Positions 30,671 to 43,711 of a stretch of DNA of 64,000 nucleotides are shown here, one piece after another. Made by a program: the position numbers and the translations under genes. Under the pieces are notes generated by a model that was not told where the DNA came from, did not search any database, and saw only the letters and a program-made list of their open reading frames with translations. The stretch comes from the human T2T-CHM13v2.0 reference genome, Homo sapiens. The number at the start of each line of letters is the position of its first letter. Within the stretch, counting starts at the first letter, position 1. The DNA is taken from the NCBI RefSeq assembly GCF_009914755.1, contig NC_060933.1; one strand, given 5' to 3'.

Positions 30671-32954
30671 ATGAAGCGATTGTTGCAAGAGTCAGAGGAA
30701 GAAATCATGGTTACCTTGGGACCCTCCTCCAGGCTTTCCCCAGATAAGGCTAAGGCAGAGACCATGTGTGGCACCAAGAGCAAATCCTCTGGCCCTGCTG
30801 GATCCTTACCAGAGGACAACTCCCTGCCCCCTTGCTGTGGGTCAGCAGCCTTAGCCATTGGTGGAGATAGAGATGGGGACCTGGCCCAGCTTTGCAGCTT
30901 TGGGCAGCAGAACAACAGCCAGCTTCCTCTGGGCTCCACTGCCTATGTTTCAGGGTCTGGTTCTCAGGATCCCTCATCTGTCAGCATTACCACAAGCTGT
31001 CAGGAGCCCTCAGAGAGGAACCAAACCAAGACCCTTTTGTCCAGAGGCCATGGCCAAGGCTGTAGCCGTGAACAGCGGGAACCTTTGGGGGATGTAGTAG
31101 AATACATCATCAGAGAGCTGCAAGGCATCAGCCGTCTTCAGACTGAGATTGCTGAGCTGCAGCAGCACTTGAGCCAAGTCCAGGGTTCCGTGGATGAAGT
31201 CTCTAGCTGTGTAGACTCAGTACTGAGTGAAATAGAAGGCTTACAGGTGAGCACCTGTTCCCTGGCCAAGGTGTGTGAGGGTGAAAAGGCCCAGGAACCC
31301 CACGTGGACAGACCCAGTGAGGAAGCCATTCTGTATTTGTACGGACTTCCTGAACAAGATGGAGAAAATACTATGGAACTGGTGGAAAGCTTTCTAGCCA
31401 AGCACCTTTGTGTTAATGGCATGCAGTGCAACAGGTACATTAAAAAGGCTTACAGGGCAGGCACATCCCCTTCCCCTAGGCCCACTGTTGTGAAGCTTGC
31501 CCATCTAGAGCATAGAGACTTCATCTTGCAGAAATCCATCCTCTTGCAGAATGTGGGAGTCCGAATTGCCACCAGAGAAGAACCAAGCTGCCCACAGGGT
31601 AATAAGAATCCCCAGAAGGAGTCTATATCATTTTTTCAACAACAACATCAGGATTATAGTCAGACTTCTTTAAACCAGGATGAACCAGTTCTTCAGATGG
31701 AAACAGGGGACAGGGGACCCATAACAGGAACATATCAGATGAAGGCTCAGGATCAACAGAGAGAGCACCAGGCCCCTGAGCAGCAAGGCCCTTGCTTTCT
31801 ACTCAAGAACAATTTATCAAAGGAAAGTGATGTGCCCAAGCTAGGGGATGAAATAAAAGGAGCATCAAGAACATCTCAAGTTATCAGTGGCAGCTGTGAT
31901 GAACTGTCAGAGAAAAAGGCTTCTCTGTCTACCCCCCATCAGTTTGAGGAACCTGCCCTAGTATTAATCTCAAAAGAGGAGGCTTCTGGGAAGTCCCAGT
32001 TTTTCAAACAGTACAGCCAAAAACATGAAGCATGTAAAGTAGGAAAACCAGAAAATGACTGCCACGATAAAAGTGAGGCCAGCAGCTGCCTGTCATTGTC
32101 TGGGTTACTGAAGACAGAGAGAATAAACGCAGAGGACAAGCTCCTGGGCTGCGAAGCTGGGCTCGATATTCTGAGCTCAAAGGAACTAGAGGACCTTTTG
32201 GCAGACAAGTCCAGAAGGCTTGCAGCTCTGAGCTGTGACAGCATGATGGAGGAAATTATCATAGGGCCTGAGACTTTCAGTGACATGGTTCATATTGACC
32301 TGAATGAAGAGGAGGAATGTGCTGCTCACGTCCTCAAGGATGTCTTTGACAAGTCCTCTTGTGTTCTGGGTGGCTCTCAGGAGGATGAGGATGTGGAAAT
32401 CAAGTTTTATACAAGTAAACTGGGCCGAGCAATTCACCACTTTCGTTCTGCTCTGCAGGGTGTGTTTCAGAAGCTGGAGAACAGTGGGTCCATCAGTCCT
32501 GAGGACCTGGAAAGCAATGAGAGTGGTTCCCAGTCAGAGAACAGTGATCGACTTCTTGGGACAGTGAGTTCAGGGGGTGCCCAGGATTGCTCACTGGAGA
32601 GCCCTGGGAGTCAGGGGAGTGAAAGCTTGCTCAGTGTGGTCTCTGGTGGAGTTGGCGTCTCCACACAGGGAGAGCAAACCCCTCAGGATCCAAGCACCTT
32701 CTCTCTTGCTTCTAATAACTCCTTGCCAAGTGTTGCTCTGGCTCCATGTCTGGGAAGTGAGACTTGTTCCAGGCCTGGATCTCCCAAGCAGGGCAGACTG
32801 AGCCTAGAGCAAGTGTGTACAGAGACCGTTTACCTCAACAAGTGCATCAACAATTTTAAGAATGTTCTAAGAGAGAAAAGACTAAGGCAGAAAAAACTTC
32901 TGCATGAGCTAGTACAGAAGGCAAACCGTCTCTCAGTAGAAGACATACACTCAG
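30671..32954 (+). CDS. UNC13B: UNC13B brain-type (bMunc13-2) N-terminal coding exon: 761 codons + 1 nt; coiled coil, ORF1p-like domain, calmodulin-binding helices
   Basis: 776-aa ORF MKRLLQESEEEIM...LSVEDIHS matches the recalled bMunc13-2 N-terminus. Donor TCAG|GTATTC (phase 1) joins in frame through the 23-nt exon to the shared exons. Candidate acceptor AGs end at 30437 and 30443. Confidence 0.9.
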
Positions 32955-33119
32955 GTATTCTGAGTCACTATTTAACAGGGTCCCAGCTGGCTAAAGTATG
33001 ACCTCCATCTGGCCAGCATGAGACCTGGTGTGGTGGCCAGTTTAATAAGGTGTTGGTTGACGTCCATAGCTTGAATCAGGCTAAATTACTCAAGTAGAGA
33101 GCTTAAGCTAATCCTGTGG

Positions 33120-33197
33120 GAATTGGAGTGAAAGATGGTTCTCAAGCAAGAGGAAGCTTGAATTGGAGTTAAAGAGGGTTCTCAAGCAAGAGGAAGC
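33120..33197. repeat. 40-bp tandem duplication (2 copies)
   Basis: gaattggagt(g/t)aaaga(t/g)ggttctcaagcaagaggaagc occurs twice, 40 bp apart. Confidence 0.9.
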
Positions 33198-33869
33198 CGT
33201 CCTTATCTTCCAGTCTCTTGTTGTGGTGCTATACCTGTTCAAAAGAGGGAGGAGCATCTGGAGCAGAAGTAGTTTGCAGCTGCAGAGCTTTTAGGATATC
33301 AGATGTAAAGAAGGGGTGGGAGTGAGAGGCAGGAGTTGGGGATGACACATATTTGCTCACAGGCACTAGAAGGGCTGAGAAAGAATCCTGTGTTGCATTT
33401 AAAAATTCTTCTCTGTGGATTTGTTGCTGAGATAAGATTGCCATTTCCCCAGTAGCTGATGGGGCTTCTCTCATAGGCCCCTGTGGGAATTTCCCCTACC
33501 CCAGGTACCTGTCTCTTCCTAGTACCTGACTTGCTGACACAGAACCTTATTTCTGATTTGGGGCATCCAGGAGCTGCTTATAGTGCTGACCTAGCCCTAG
33601 AGCCCAACGTTGCCCTCCACAGGTCTTATTCCCTTTCTTCCATCTCCCCCTAAAAGCTGCTCACCTGCAAGCTGGCAAATGGAATGTTTTTTGACTACAG
33701 GAAGTAAGAGAACATTTTTCTAGGCAGTTTGGAGATATGTAGCTTTAAAATTACTCTTCCCAATCAAAATTAAATTTATCCAAAGAGCATATGCTATATT
33801 CATCCAGTTTTAAATTTAAATGGGGTTGTCCTCTTATGCATATAACCTGATTAATCTTCCTAAGGCAAC

Positions 33870-34530
33870 ATCTAAATTGTGAAGCATATTGTGTTGGCAA
33901 AGGTGTGAGGGAATATGCACTTGTACGTTGCTGGTGGGATGGGAGTATAAATTGGCATAATCTCTAAGGAAGGTAATTGGCAAAATTTATCAAAATTACA
34001 AATATATATATACCCTTTAAGTCCTCAACACCACTTACAGGAATGTATCCTGCAGACACATTTTCACATGTGGAAGTGACATATGGACAAGGCTATTTTT
34101 GAAGCATAGCTTTTAATAGCAAAGATTAAAAATAACCTAAAAATTCATCAGGAATTACTGGTTAAATAAATTATTGGCACGTCCAAACAATGGGATATAG
34201 TACTGTGTAGCTATAAAAAGAATGTGGTAGCTCTTTACTGAAATGGAAAGTTATCTAAGATATATTGACATACAAAAAAAAGCAAAGTGCAGAGCAGTAT
34301 GTATAAGATGCTTTCATTTGTATAAAAAGAGGGAAAGAATACAATACACACACTTATAATGTCTGCTTGTATATGTATAGATTATCTAATGAAAGATATG
34401 TAAGAAACGGATACATTGTTGCCCATGGGGAAATGTATTAGGTGAACAAATGGAATGGGAGGGAGATTTTTCTCTGTGTGCCTTCTTTTAATTTTTAGAA
34501 TTTGAATCATATGAATATAATACTAAGCCA
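33870..34530 (+). mobile_element. Old L1 (L1M) 3' fragment, sense
   Basis: gttggcaaaggtgtgaggg...gctggtgggat..gtataaattgg...gttaaataaattat. Confidence 0.6.
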
Positions 34531-36749
34531 TAAAGTTACATTTAAAAAATGAAAATTACGTCATTCTCTTTTCAAATTTCCCTAGAGCTCCTTCTTAGAA
34601 CTTATCAAAAAGAGTCTAAATTCCTTCACTTTGCATTCAAGGTCACTGCAATTGGTCTCTAGTTTATATTTCCAGGCTTATCTCCCATTGTCCCACCATA
34701 AGTCTTTCAAAAGGAAGCTTTGCTGTCATACAAATTTGCCTTGCACTTTCTATTCTTAATACATTCATATATACATGCTTCCTTCTAACATAAAATGCTA
34801 TGTTTGCCATTTCAACCTAGCAGAATTTACCTATTCTTCAACATATATCACCTCTTCCAGGAAGCTTTCTGAGGCAGTAATTTCTCAGCTGTGAGGGATT
34901 TCTCTGTCTTCATAACTTTGCAGCCTCTTTTTCTTCTTCCCAGGCAATGAGAAATTATTTCAGCACAGCAACAATAGAAACAACAAATATCAAAGCAATA
35001 CTTCTTACAAGCTCTTTAAATATTGGTGGGAGCTGATGTTAGCATGAGCACCAATGATGAGGACACTTGTGTCTAACTCTTCAGCTTGCAGAGTTTCCTT
35101 TCTGGGCTGCATCCTTCTAGGCAATGCAGAAACTTGTGGTGCCATGGTAGGCAGGTGGTAGTAGCAGCAGTCTTGATGAATAGAAGGAGGTTTTCTAAAG
35201 CACCAATAAGAAAGCAAGTCACAGTTCTGGGTCCTATCCAAGACTCAGTACTCAGTCTGGCCTGAGGGCTGCAGACAGAATCATGGACAGGGTGCTCCAG
35301 CACTCCCTTGCATAGAGCAGGACAAGCACACAGGCCAGACTCTCACCAACATAGACTTCACTGGAGCAGTCCCCTAACCTAGTAAACTGATTCAGTATCA
35401 CAGAGACTACCAGCATAACGAAGCTTTTGAAAACTCTGCTTTCTTTACTGTTCTGCTTGGGATCTTTTAGGCCCTAAGCTTACTAGTTGTAGCTTATGAT
35501 TAATTTGAGTTAGTTTTCATCTTTTTTTTCTTGGTATGTGCCAGGTACTGTTTTAAGTACTCTCATGTGCATTGTATAAAATTCAATTCTTTTATTCCTG
35601 TCACTCCACCAAAATAGCTTTGATCAGGGCCATTAGATGTCCACCATATTGCCAAACTAATGGTTCATTTTCAGTCTTCTTTTTATCAGTCAGCAATTTG
35701 ACACAGTTGATGATCACTTTCCTCTTTTTATTATAACAGCTTTATTGAGTTATAATTCATGTGCCATAAAATTCACCTTAAAGTCCCTTAAAAAGTATTG
35801 AATCGAATGGTTTTTAGTTTATTCATAGTTATGCAGACATCATCACCATCTAATTTCAGAACATTTCCATCACCCCATAAGAAACCTCTTACCCATTGGC
35901 AGTCACTCCCCACTTCTCTTTGCCCCCAGCCTCTGGCAACCATTAATTTACTTCCTGTTTCTATGAATTTGCCTATTATGTACATTTCATATAAATGGGT
36001 TTATAAAATATGTGCCCTTTTGTGTCTGGCATGATGTTTTTAAGGATGCTGTAGCATGTATCAGTACTTCATTTCTTTTTCTGGCTGAACAATATTTATT
36101 GATGGACATTTTTTAAATCCATCAGTTGGCGGACATTTGAGTTATTATTACCACTTCTTGCTTATTATGAATAATGCTGCTATGAACATTTGTATACAAG
36201 TTTTTCTATGGAACTATATTTTCAATTCTCTTGGGTATTTACCTAGAAGTAAAATTGCTGGGTCATATGGTAATTCTGTTTACCATTTGAGGAACTGCCA
36301 GACTGTTTTCCAAAGTCATTGCAGTATTTACATTCCCACCCGTAACATATGAAGGTTCTAATTTCTCTACATCCTTGGCAACACTTGTTATTATCTTTTT
36401 TATTATAGCCATCCTAGTGGATATGAAGTGGTGTCTCATTGTGGTTTTGATTTGTGTTTCTCTAGTGACTAATGATGTTGAGCATCTTTTCATGTGCTCA
36501 TCAGCCATTTTTCTATCTTCTTTGGAGTAATGTCTATTTAAGCCTTGGACCACTTTTAAATTGAGGTTTTTTTTCGTTTTGTTTTTGAGCTGTAAGAATT
36601 CTTTATATATTCTGGATATAAGTCCCTTATCAGATATATTATTTGTAAATATTTTCTCTCATTCTGTGGGTTGTCTTTTCACTTTCTTGACAGTGTCCTT
36701 TGAAGCATACATTTTTTTATTGTTTTTTTTTTTTTTTTTAAATTCTATT

Positions 36750-36882
36750 GGCCAGGTCTGTTGGCTCATGTCTGTAATCCCAGCACTTTGGGAGACCGAG
36801 GCGAGAGGATCACTTGAGCTCAGAAATTTGAGACCAGCCTGGCCAACATAGTGAGACCTTGTCTTTACTAAAAATCAAAAAA
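36750..36882 (+). mobile_element. FLAM/Alu left monomer, sense
   Basis: ggccaggtctgttggctcatgtctgtaatcccagcactttggg...gtgagaccttgtctttactaaaaa. Confidence 0.85.
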
Positions 36883-37833
36883 CAATTTTTTGTGGTAAAA
36901 TATACATAACATAAAATGTGTTATTTAAACCATGTTTTTTCTGAATATTATGTGGAACATTTTAACCATTTAAAAATATATAGTTCCATAACATCAAGTA
37001 CATTCGTATTGTTCTGCAACCACCGTTCATCTCCAGAATGCTTCTCATCTTGCAAAACTGAAACTCTATACCTATTAAATAGTAACTCCTCATCCCATCT
37101 CACCCCAGTCCCTGGCAACCACTACTCTACTTTCTGTCTCTATGAATTTGATTGATCTAAGTACCTCATGTAAGTGGAATCAAATAACATTTGTCCTTTT
37201 ATGACTGGCTTATTCCACTTAGCGTAATGTCCTCAAGGTTCATCTATGTTGTAATGTGTCAGAATTTCACTCTGAAATTTCACTCTGGAATTTTTAAGGC
37301 TGCATCGTATTCCATTGTACACATGTATCACATTTTATTTATCTGTTCACTCATCAGGACACACATTGCTTCCACCTTTTGGCTATTGTGAACAATGCTG
37401 CTATAAACAGTGGTATACAAATATTTTTTGAGTCCCTGCTTTCAGTCTTTTGGCTATGTACCCCAAAGTGGATTGATCAAATTTTATGGTAATTCTAATT
37501 TTTTGAAGAATCACCATACCATTTTCCATGGTGGCTGCACCGTTTTACGTTCCCACCATCAGGGCACAAGGGTTCCTTCCAATTTCTCTACATTTTCTTC
37601 AACACTTGTTATTTTCTGTTTTGTTTTTTTTAAGTAATAGCCATTGTAATGGGTATGAAGTAGAGCACAAAAGTTTTAAATTTTGGTGAAGTGCAATTTA
37701 TCCATTTTTTTCTTGTTTTGATTGTGCTTTTGGTGTCATAGCTGAGAAATCATTGGTTAATCTGAAGTCAGAAAGATTTGCTCCTATTTTTTTTATGAGT
37801 TTTATAGTTTTTACTCCTATATTTAGGTCTATG

Positions 37834-38143
37834 ATTTTTTTTTTTTTTTTTTTTTGAGACGGAGTTTTGCTCTGTTGCCCAGGCTGGAGTGCAGTGGCGT
37901 GATTTCGGCTCACAGCAACCTCCGCCTCCTGAGTTCGAGCAATTCTTCTGCCTCAGCCTTCTGAGTAGACTAGCTGGGATTACAGGCATCCACCACGAAG
38001 CCTGGTTAATTTTTTGTATTTTTAGTAGAGAGGAGGTTTCACCATGTTGGCCAGGCTGGTCTCGAACTCCTGACCTGAAGTGATCTTCCCACCTTGGCTT
38101 CCCAAAGTGCTGGGATTAGAGGCTTGAGCCACCACGCCCAGCC
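37834..38143 (-). mobile_element. Alu (AluS-like), antisense
   Basis: polyT + gagacggagttttgctctgttgcccagg...gagccaccacgcccagcc. Confidence 0.92.
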
Positions 38144-38344
38144 AGTTTTGAGTTAATTTTTGTGCATAGTATGAGGTAGGAGTCCAGCTTTATTCTTGTG
38201 CATATGGGTATCTAGTTGTCCCAGAATGATTTGTTGAAAAGATTATTCTTTTTTCATTGAATAGTCTTACCACTCTTGTCAAAAATCAATGACCATAAAT
38301 GTAAGAGTTTATGTCTGGACTCAATTCTATTCTATTGATATTCA

Positions 38345-39310
38345 GTCTGTTCTTGTGCTCAATTCCTTCTTTTTGAAACACTTTCTTCATTTGGCTTCCA
38401 GAACACCTCTCTGTCTTGGTTTCCTCCTCTCCCCCAACATTACTGGCCATTCCTTCTTAGTTATCTTTGCTCTTCCTCTCCCCAACCTTGTAGCATCCTG
38501 GGATTCAATCTTGACTTCCTATGCTCACTTCCTAGATGATAATCTTTCAATCCCGAGTTTCATAAGCATTCCCAGGTTTATATCTCCAACCCAAACATCT
38601 TCCATGAACACCAGACTCCAAATCCACGTAACACCTCCTTATGGATGTAAATAGGCATCTCATTTGACATATCCAAAGCCAAACTCCTGATCCTTCTTCT
38701 GAAGCCCCTGCCAAACCTGCCTTTCCTATTGTCTTTCTTACCCATGAGTGGCATCTTTATTCTTGCAGCTATTCAGGCCCAATCCATAGAGTCATTCTTG
38801 ACTCTCCCTTCTCTCTCACAACCTGTATTCAGTCCGTTAGTAAATTCCACTTCCTCCACTTTTAAAAAATATCTTGAATCTTGCCATTATCTCTACCTCC
38901 ACCACTGTCATCCTTGTTTAAGCCACCATTTTCTCTCATCTAGATTACTGCAGTGGTCTCACTGCTCTCCCTGCTTCTAGAACCTTGTCCCTCTACAGTC
39001 TGTTCTCCTCACAACAATCAGAGTAATCCCCATAGAGCATGAGTCAGGTTATATCACCTCTCTGCTCAATGATTTCCTGTCTCACTCAGAATGGACACCA
39101 GCATTCTTATAAAGGCCTGTAGAGCCCTATTTGAACTGGTACTTTATTGCAAATTTGCTGTTTCTCCACACCAATTATGCTCTCACCTCAGGCTTTGCAT
39201 TTGCTATATGTTCTTCCGAAAATACTTTTTCCCAGAACTCCAAATGGCTTCTTTACTCATTTCTTTCAAGTCTGCTTTGATATCACCTATCAGTGAGGCC
39301 GCCCTAACAA
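38345..39310 (+). mobile_element. L2 fragments
   Basis: atggatgtaaataggcatctc, ccaaactcctgatc, gagtcattcttgactctccc, ctagattactgcagt, typical of L2 3' regions. Confidence 0.55.
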
Positions 39311-39799
39311 CCATTTTTTGGATTTTTAATAACAACTCTACCTCCATCATCAGGGGGCATTATCTTTTTCCCTTATCTGAATTTTTCAGCCAAGTTCCTA
39401 TCACATGTGACATAGTATATTGTTATTTCTTATGGAAAGCAGACCCTGGAACAAGAATGTCTGTTAGGAATTTTGGCTTTGCCACTTGCTGGCATCTTGC
39501 TTAACCTCTCTGATCTTCAATTTAATTATCAAAGAAGTGGAGGTAATAATGGTATTTACCCAGTGTGGAGTTGTGAGAAATAAATGAGCTTACCCAAATA
39601 AAATGCCAGATACAAAATAAGTGTTTGATTAGTATCAGCTACTGTCATCATCTTCATCATTGTTTATTATCTGCTCCTCTTACTAAAATAAAAGCTTTTC
39701 AGGATCAGGGAGTTTGTGTCATTCACTGCCACATCACCAGCACTGATTGAGAACAGTGCCTAGTGTGCACATTAGGTTCTTTTAAAATTTTTTTAGTTA

Positions 39800-40122
<323 letters not shown>

Positions 40123-41670
40123 CTTAGTATAATAGGTTCTTAAGAAATGAATCCTTGCAATAACCCTGGGAGGTAGTTGTTCATATACCTATCTTTTTAT
40201 AGTTAAGGAAATGTAGGCTCAAATAAGTTGAACGTCTCAAGTCTTTTGACTCTCAATAATGGAGTTAAGATTGTATTATTGGGTATACTGAGGGGAGTGC
40301 TGATGAGGAGGTATGTCACTTCCTTATAAAATGGACTGTCTGGAACAGTGAGAGAGATCATTCTTAGGGGGTCAGGGATTTTCCTGCAAAGCAGTTGTTT
40401 TGTAGACATTTATAACTTAACCTGCAAACTAAATCTAAGTGGAAAAATCCTAAGGCATTTTAGGGAGTTGGGAAGCACAGAAAGTTTGATTCTTAAGAAA
40501 AAAAGTTGTTTTTTAATGTTTGTCCAACGGGTAGGACAAACTGAATAGCCAGTATAGCAGTTCCTCAGGGTCTGGAAAATGGTACAGACTACTGGTTAAG
40601 AGACTTATACCTTCTCTGGTTGGGCAAGAGACACTTCTTAGAATAGCTGTTGTTTTCTAAGTCCTGAAAGTTATAGTTTTCTTTTACTACATAGAAATGA
40701 TAGGCGATGTGCTAAGCCCTCAGGCTACAAAGGTGAAATAATATATAATCCTTTTTTCTGAAGAAGTAGTATAAAGTGAGAAATATTATAAAGGAAGATG
40801 TTTATACAGACAACTACAATATATGATACTACAAAACAGTATTAACAACATACTGTCTTAGAAGTGTGGACATAGAATGGTGGAGACCAGGGCAGCTAGT
40901 GGAGAGGCACTTAATCCTACCTTGGGAAGGAAAGCAGACAGAAATTTCACAGAGTCATTAGTATTTGAACTAAGTCTTAGGGAATATGCCTGAGTCCACC
41001 CAGTAGGCTGGGTGTGGGAGGGAGGTGTGAAAAGTCTCAGATGTGATGGAGAATGTTCAGTAAGACTTGAATACAGGACACGTGAGGAGCGGAAGGAAAG
41101 TAAGCTAGAACGGTAGGGGAAGTACAAATCTTGAAGCACTTTATGTGCTACAGTAAGCAACGGGGAGAATTGATGCAATTAAGCAAAGAAAAAAATGCGA
41201 TCAGAATTTCGAAATGGGAAATGTGGAGTATGGATTGGAGAGGAGCAAGTCTAGTGGCAGAGAGATCAGCTTGGAGTCTCCTGTTATAGTCCAGTTAAGA
41301 GATGATAGTGGCAGTGTGAAATGGAAAGGCAGCAGTGGATGCCAGAGATATTTAGGAGGTAAAAAGTACAGGGCTGAGTGATTGGATAGGGACAGAGTGC
41401 AGAGAGGGAGAGATCCATTGTCTGGCTGGGGACAGGAGGAGACGTTTAGAGATGGAAGATAGAAGTTTAGTGTTTGGATATGTTGAATTTGAACTAAGCA
41501 TGCGATATCTAGGTGATACACACTAAGCAGTGGTTAATGTGTTGTGATAAAGTAGGTATCTGAAGGTTAGGTATAACTCCTTTGAGAAGTGGAAGAGGGA
41601 GCTGACTAATGGAAGAAGAGACTTATCAAGTGACACAGAGGGCCCAGTTGAAGTTAAAAATCTGCATCTA

Positions 41671-42179
<509 letters not shown>

Positions 42180-43688
42180 TCAGGCTAATGGAACAGAATG
42201 AGTAAATAAAAATTTGGGGTTTTGAGTATGTGACGTCTTTGTGAAACAAGACAATTAGATTGTAGGAATGTATATGGGGTCAAGAAAGAGGGCAGAGGAG
42301 AGGAATTTGGGGATTTGGGCCAGATCATGGAGAGCCGTGACGGCTCTGTCAATGGATTGATTTGATTTTAATCTTTAGGCATTATGGGGAAACCTGTGGA
42401 GAACAGAAGGACACAATCAACTTTGACATGGTTGTAGAATATATTTAAGATAGTGAAGGGGGAGAGGTACATTTCCAGTTTGAGTCATGGGGTCAGTTAA
42501 AGGATTGTTTGCCTAATTTTCTTACTCAAAAGGAACACATTATCCTGGGGGGGTTGAGATGTAGATATGGAAGAGATATGTCCCCATTCCAGGGAGTGTC
42601 TTTCTCATCTTTCCCACCTTCCTGGAGCTGCACTGTTTTGGAGGATTCCTTGTCACCTAGTCCAGGACAGGTGACCCATTAAGTAAGCAGAAATAGCTTG
42701 AAAAATTGGGAACCTGTGAATTCGATTCTTGAATTCTCCCCTCTACTTGTGATGTGACATCAATGGGCCTTTAAAAGAGAAAAGAAAATGGAGGGGCACT
42801 AATGGACCAAGGTGGGTGGACTTTCCTTACAGAAGGAAGCCTGTGGGCCTATCCATGTATGGCCTAGAAGGCAATGTAGTCTCTGATGAATAGGAAAGGA
42901 GTAATCTCTGGGCTTTATTTTTATCCTGTTATGGCTTGATCGGGCCCTTCTGGAAGTGTCAGTTTCCTTTAGAGTATTGTCCTGGGTTTGATAAATAATC
43001 AGATTTGGGATTGCAGTCATGGTTTTATCATCTAGATCACTGTGATTTCTATTAGGAAAGCAGCCAGTCGATGCCCCCAGGCCTGTAGCCATTCAGCATC
43101 CTGGTCCTGGACTTAACTCCAGGCCCTACCCTGGTCCAACTTAATTTCAGGTCCGAGAAACGGGCCAGAGCTCATTGAGTGAATGCATGGCCAAGCCTGC
43201 ATTGCAAAATGGAAAAGGCTCAGTCACCAGGGCCTTTGGAGTTTGAGGACTTATACCAGATCTAGAATAAGCTCACGTGGCTTCTGAGGAAGGAAATCAC
43301 TCTGTGCTCAGCCAGCTTAGATAGTCTGTTGGAGTGGTCATTGGTAACAAATCTGGTCTTGCAACCTTGGCAGCCCTGACCCTTGATGCAGGCCACTTTG
43401 GAAATGGGAAAAGGATGACTGGAACCCCTGGGTAGATTTTGTCCCTTGATTTAGTTTGGAACATCTCCAGGGATGTTCCAAACTAAAAATCCTGGGCCAG
43501 CAAATACAGGCAGGAAGGATTCTGGAAGCCAGTCAGCTGGGCTCTATGAACTGCCTAGTTGTCCCGAGGACCTCTCCCTCTCTTCCATGTCCCTTGGAGT
43601 TTAGCTGGCATTTTCTTTGGGTTCCCTACTTATAGGACTGACTCTACTAACCTTTCTGCCCTTTTTTCTGCTCTTTCTCTCCTTGCAG

Positions 43689-43711
43689 AAGAAAAGCGAG
43701 GAGCCCTTCAG
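43689..43711 (+). CDS. UNC13B: UNC13B 23-nt microexon, (E)EKRGALQ; phase 1 to phase 0
   Basis: TACTAAC branch point at 43645-43651, long pyrimidine tract, ttgcAG|aagaaaagcgaggagcccttcag|GTtgtg; restores the frame between the brain-type exon and the IPDD exon. Confidence 0.85.

Larger units (their letters stand above)
35725..38335 (-). mobile_element. Nested antisense L1M (L1MB-like) fragments with embedded Alus
   Basis: Two antisense L1 3' ends (35725 and ~36886) continuing into 3' ORF2 remnants (gttgtcccagaatgatttgttgaaaag). Confidence 0.75.

Noticed and set aside
30652-32801. Antisense and alternative-frame ORFs overlapping the large exon
   Set aside because: They are short shadow ORFs with no recognisable features; the 776-aa frame explains the region.
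36263-36553. 96-aa minus-strand ORF resembling the L1 ORF2 C-terminus
   Set aside because: It is a decayed L1 fragment, not a gene.
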